Of a stretch of DNA of 64,000 bases, positions 63,765 to 64,000 are shown one piece after another. Under the pieces are notes generated by a model. That model ran no database searches, was not told where the DNA came from, and saw nothing but the letters and a program-made list of their open reading frames with translations. The DNA is from Tidjanibacter sp. (lineage in GTDB: Bacteria > Bacteroidota > Bacteroidia > Bacteroidales > Rikenellaceae): positions 50,662 to 114,661 of the forward strand of contig JAZOTH010000025.1 of the NCBI GenBank assembly GCA_045657545.1, read 5' to 3'. The translations under genes and the position numbers were made by a program. Within the stretch, counting starts at the first letter, position 1, and each line of letters starts with the position of its first letter.

Positions 63765-64000
63765 TTAACCAAGAATCTCGGCCAAGAACTTACCCGTGTG
63801 GCTCTCGGGGATGCGGGCAACCTGCTCGGGAGTGCCCTCGGCGATAACCTCGCCACCAGCCTTGCCACCCTCTGGGCCCATATCAATCACCCAATCGGCA
63901 CACTTGATAACATCGAGATTGTGTTCGATAATCACCACACTGTTACCCCTGTCGACCAACTTGCCAAAGACCGCCAACAGTTGGTTTATATCCTCAAAAT
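63765..64000 (-). CDS. uvrA: excinuclease ABC subunit A, C-terminal end (gene continues past the right edge)
   Basis: ...[52 protein letters not shown], the typical UvrA C-terminus. The reading frame stays open to position 64000. Confidence 0.85.
   Translation of the reverse strand, partial: FEDINQLLAVFGKLVDRGNSVVIIEHNLDVIKCADWVIDMGPEGGKAGGEVIAEGTPEQVARIPESHTGKFLAEILG

Overview
The window looks like a chromosomal segment of a Bacteroidales (Bacteroidota) bacterium. Supporting signs are a SusC/RagA-type receptor at the left edge, many lipobox lipoproteins, TlpA-type thiol-disulfide oxidoreductases, OMP beta-barrels ending in F, and TAnnTTTG promoter boxes. I call about 60 protein genes. I found no rRNA, tRNA, CRISPR array, transposase, integrase or phage gene. 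The left 25 kb is a single-strand block of 19 nucleotide-biosynthesis genes: pyrC-K-D-F-E-B, then purE-L-C-F-M-N-H-D-folD-purB-purA-guaB-guaA. Both sub-blocks are preceded by leaders that carry a terminator hairpin and a small uORF ending at that hairpin. Two enzymes in the block have unusual architecture: PyrB is fused to a PyrI-like zinc domain only, and GuaA has a vestigial amidotransferase domain. The middle holds lepA, a divergent AddA/AddB-like helicase-nuclease pair, glnA, and the best candidate for an undescribed system. That candidate is an 8-kb locus (37.2-45.4 kb) of five uncharacterised lipoproteins built from two repeated module families, one with a BACON-like domain, with no SusC/D or enzyme partner. 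The right third is housekeeping on the minus strand (ALDH, lipid kinase, pepD, phoH, OMPs, ruvC, lpxD, coaD, glyQS), plus der and a BASS-like transporter on the plus strand. It also contains a tandem trio of small MYGCP-motif lipoproteins, including an unannotated 43-codon one, and a peptide deformylase with a lipoprotein signal peptide. Two small dispersed non-coding repeat families recur in intergenic regions: a 7-nt periodic GAATTGA/AAATTCA array at three loci, and a hairpin element with compensatory stem changes at two loci. All functional calls come from reading the translations and recognising motifs. No database search was possible.
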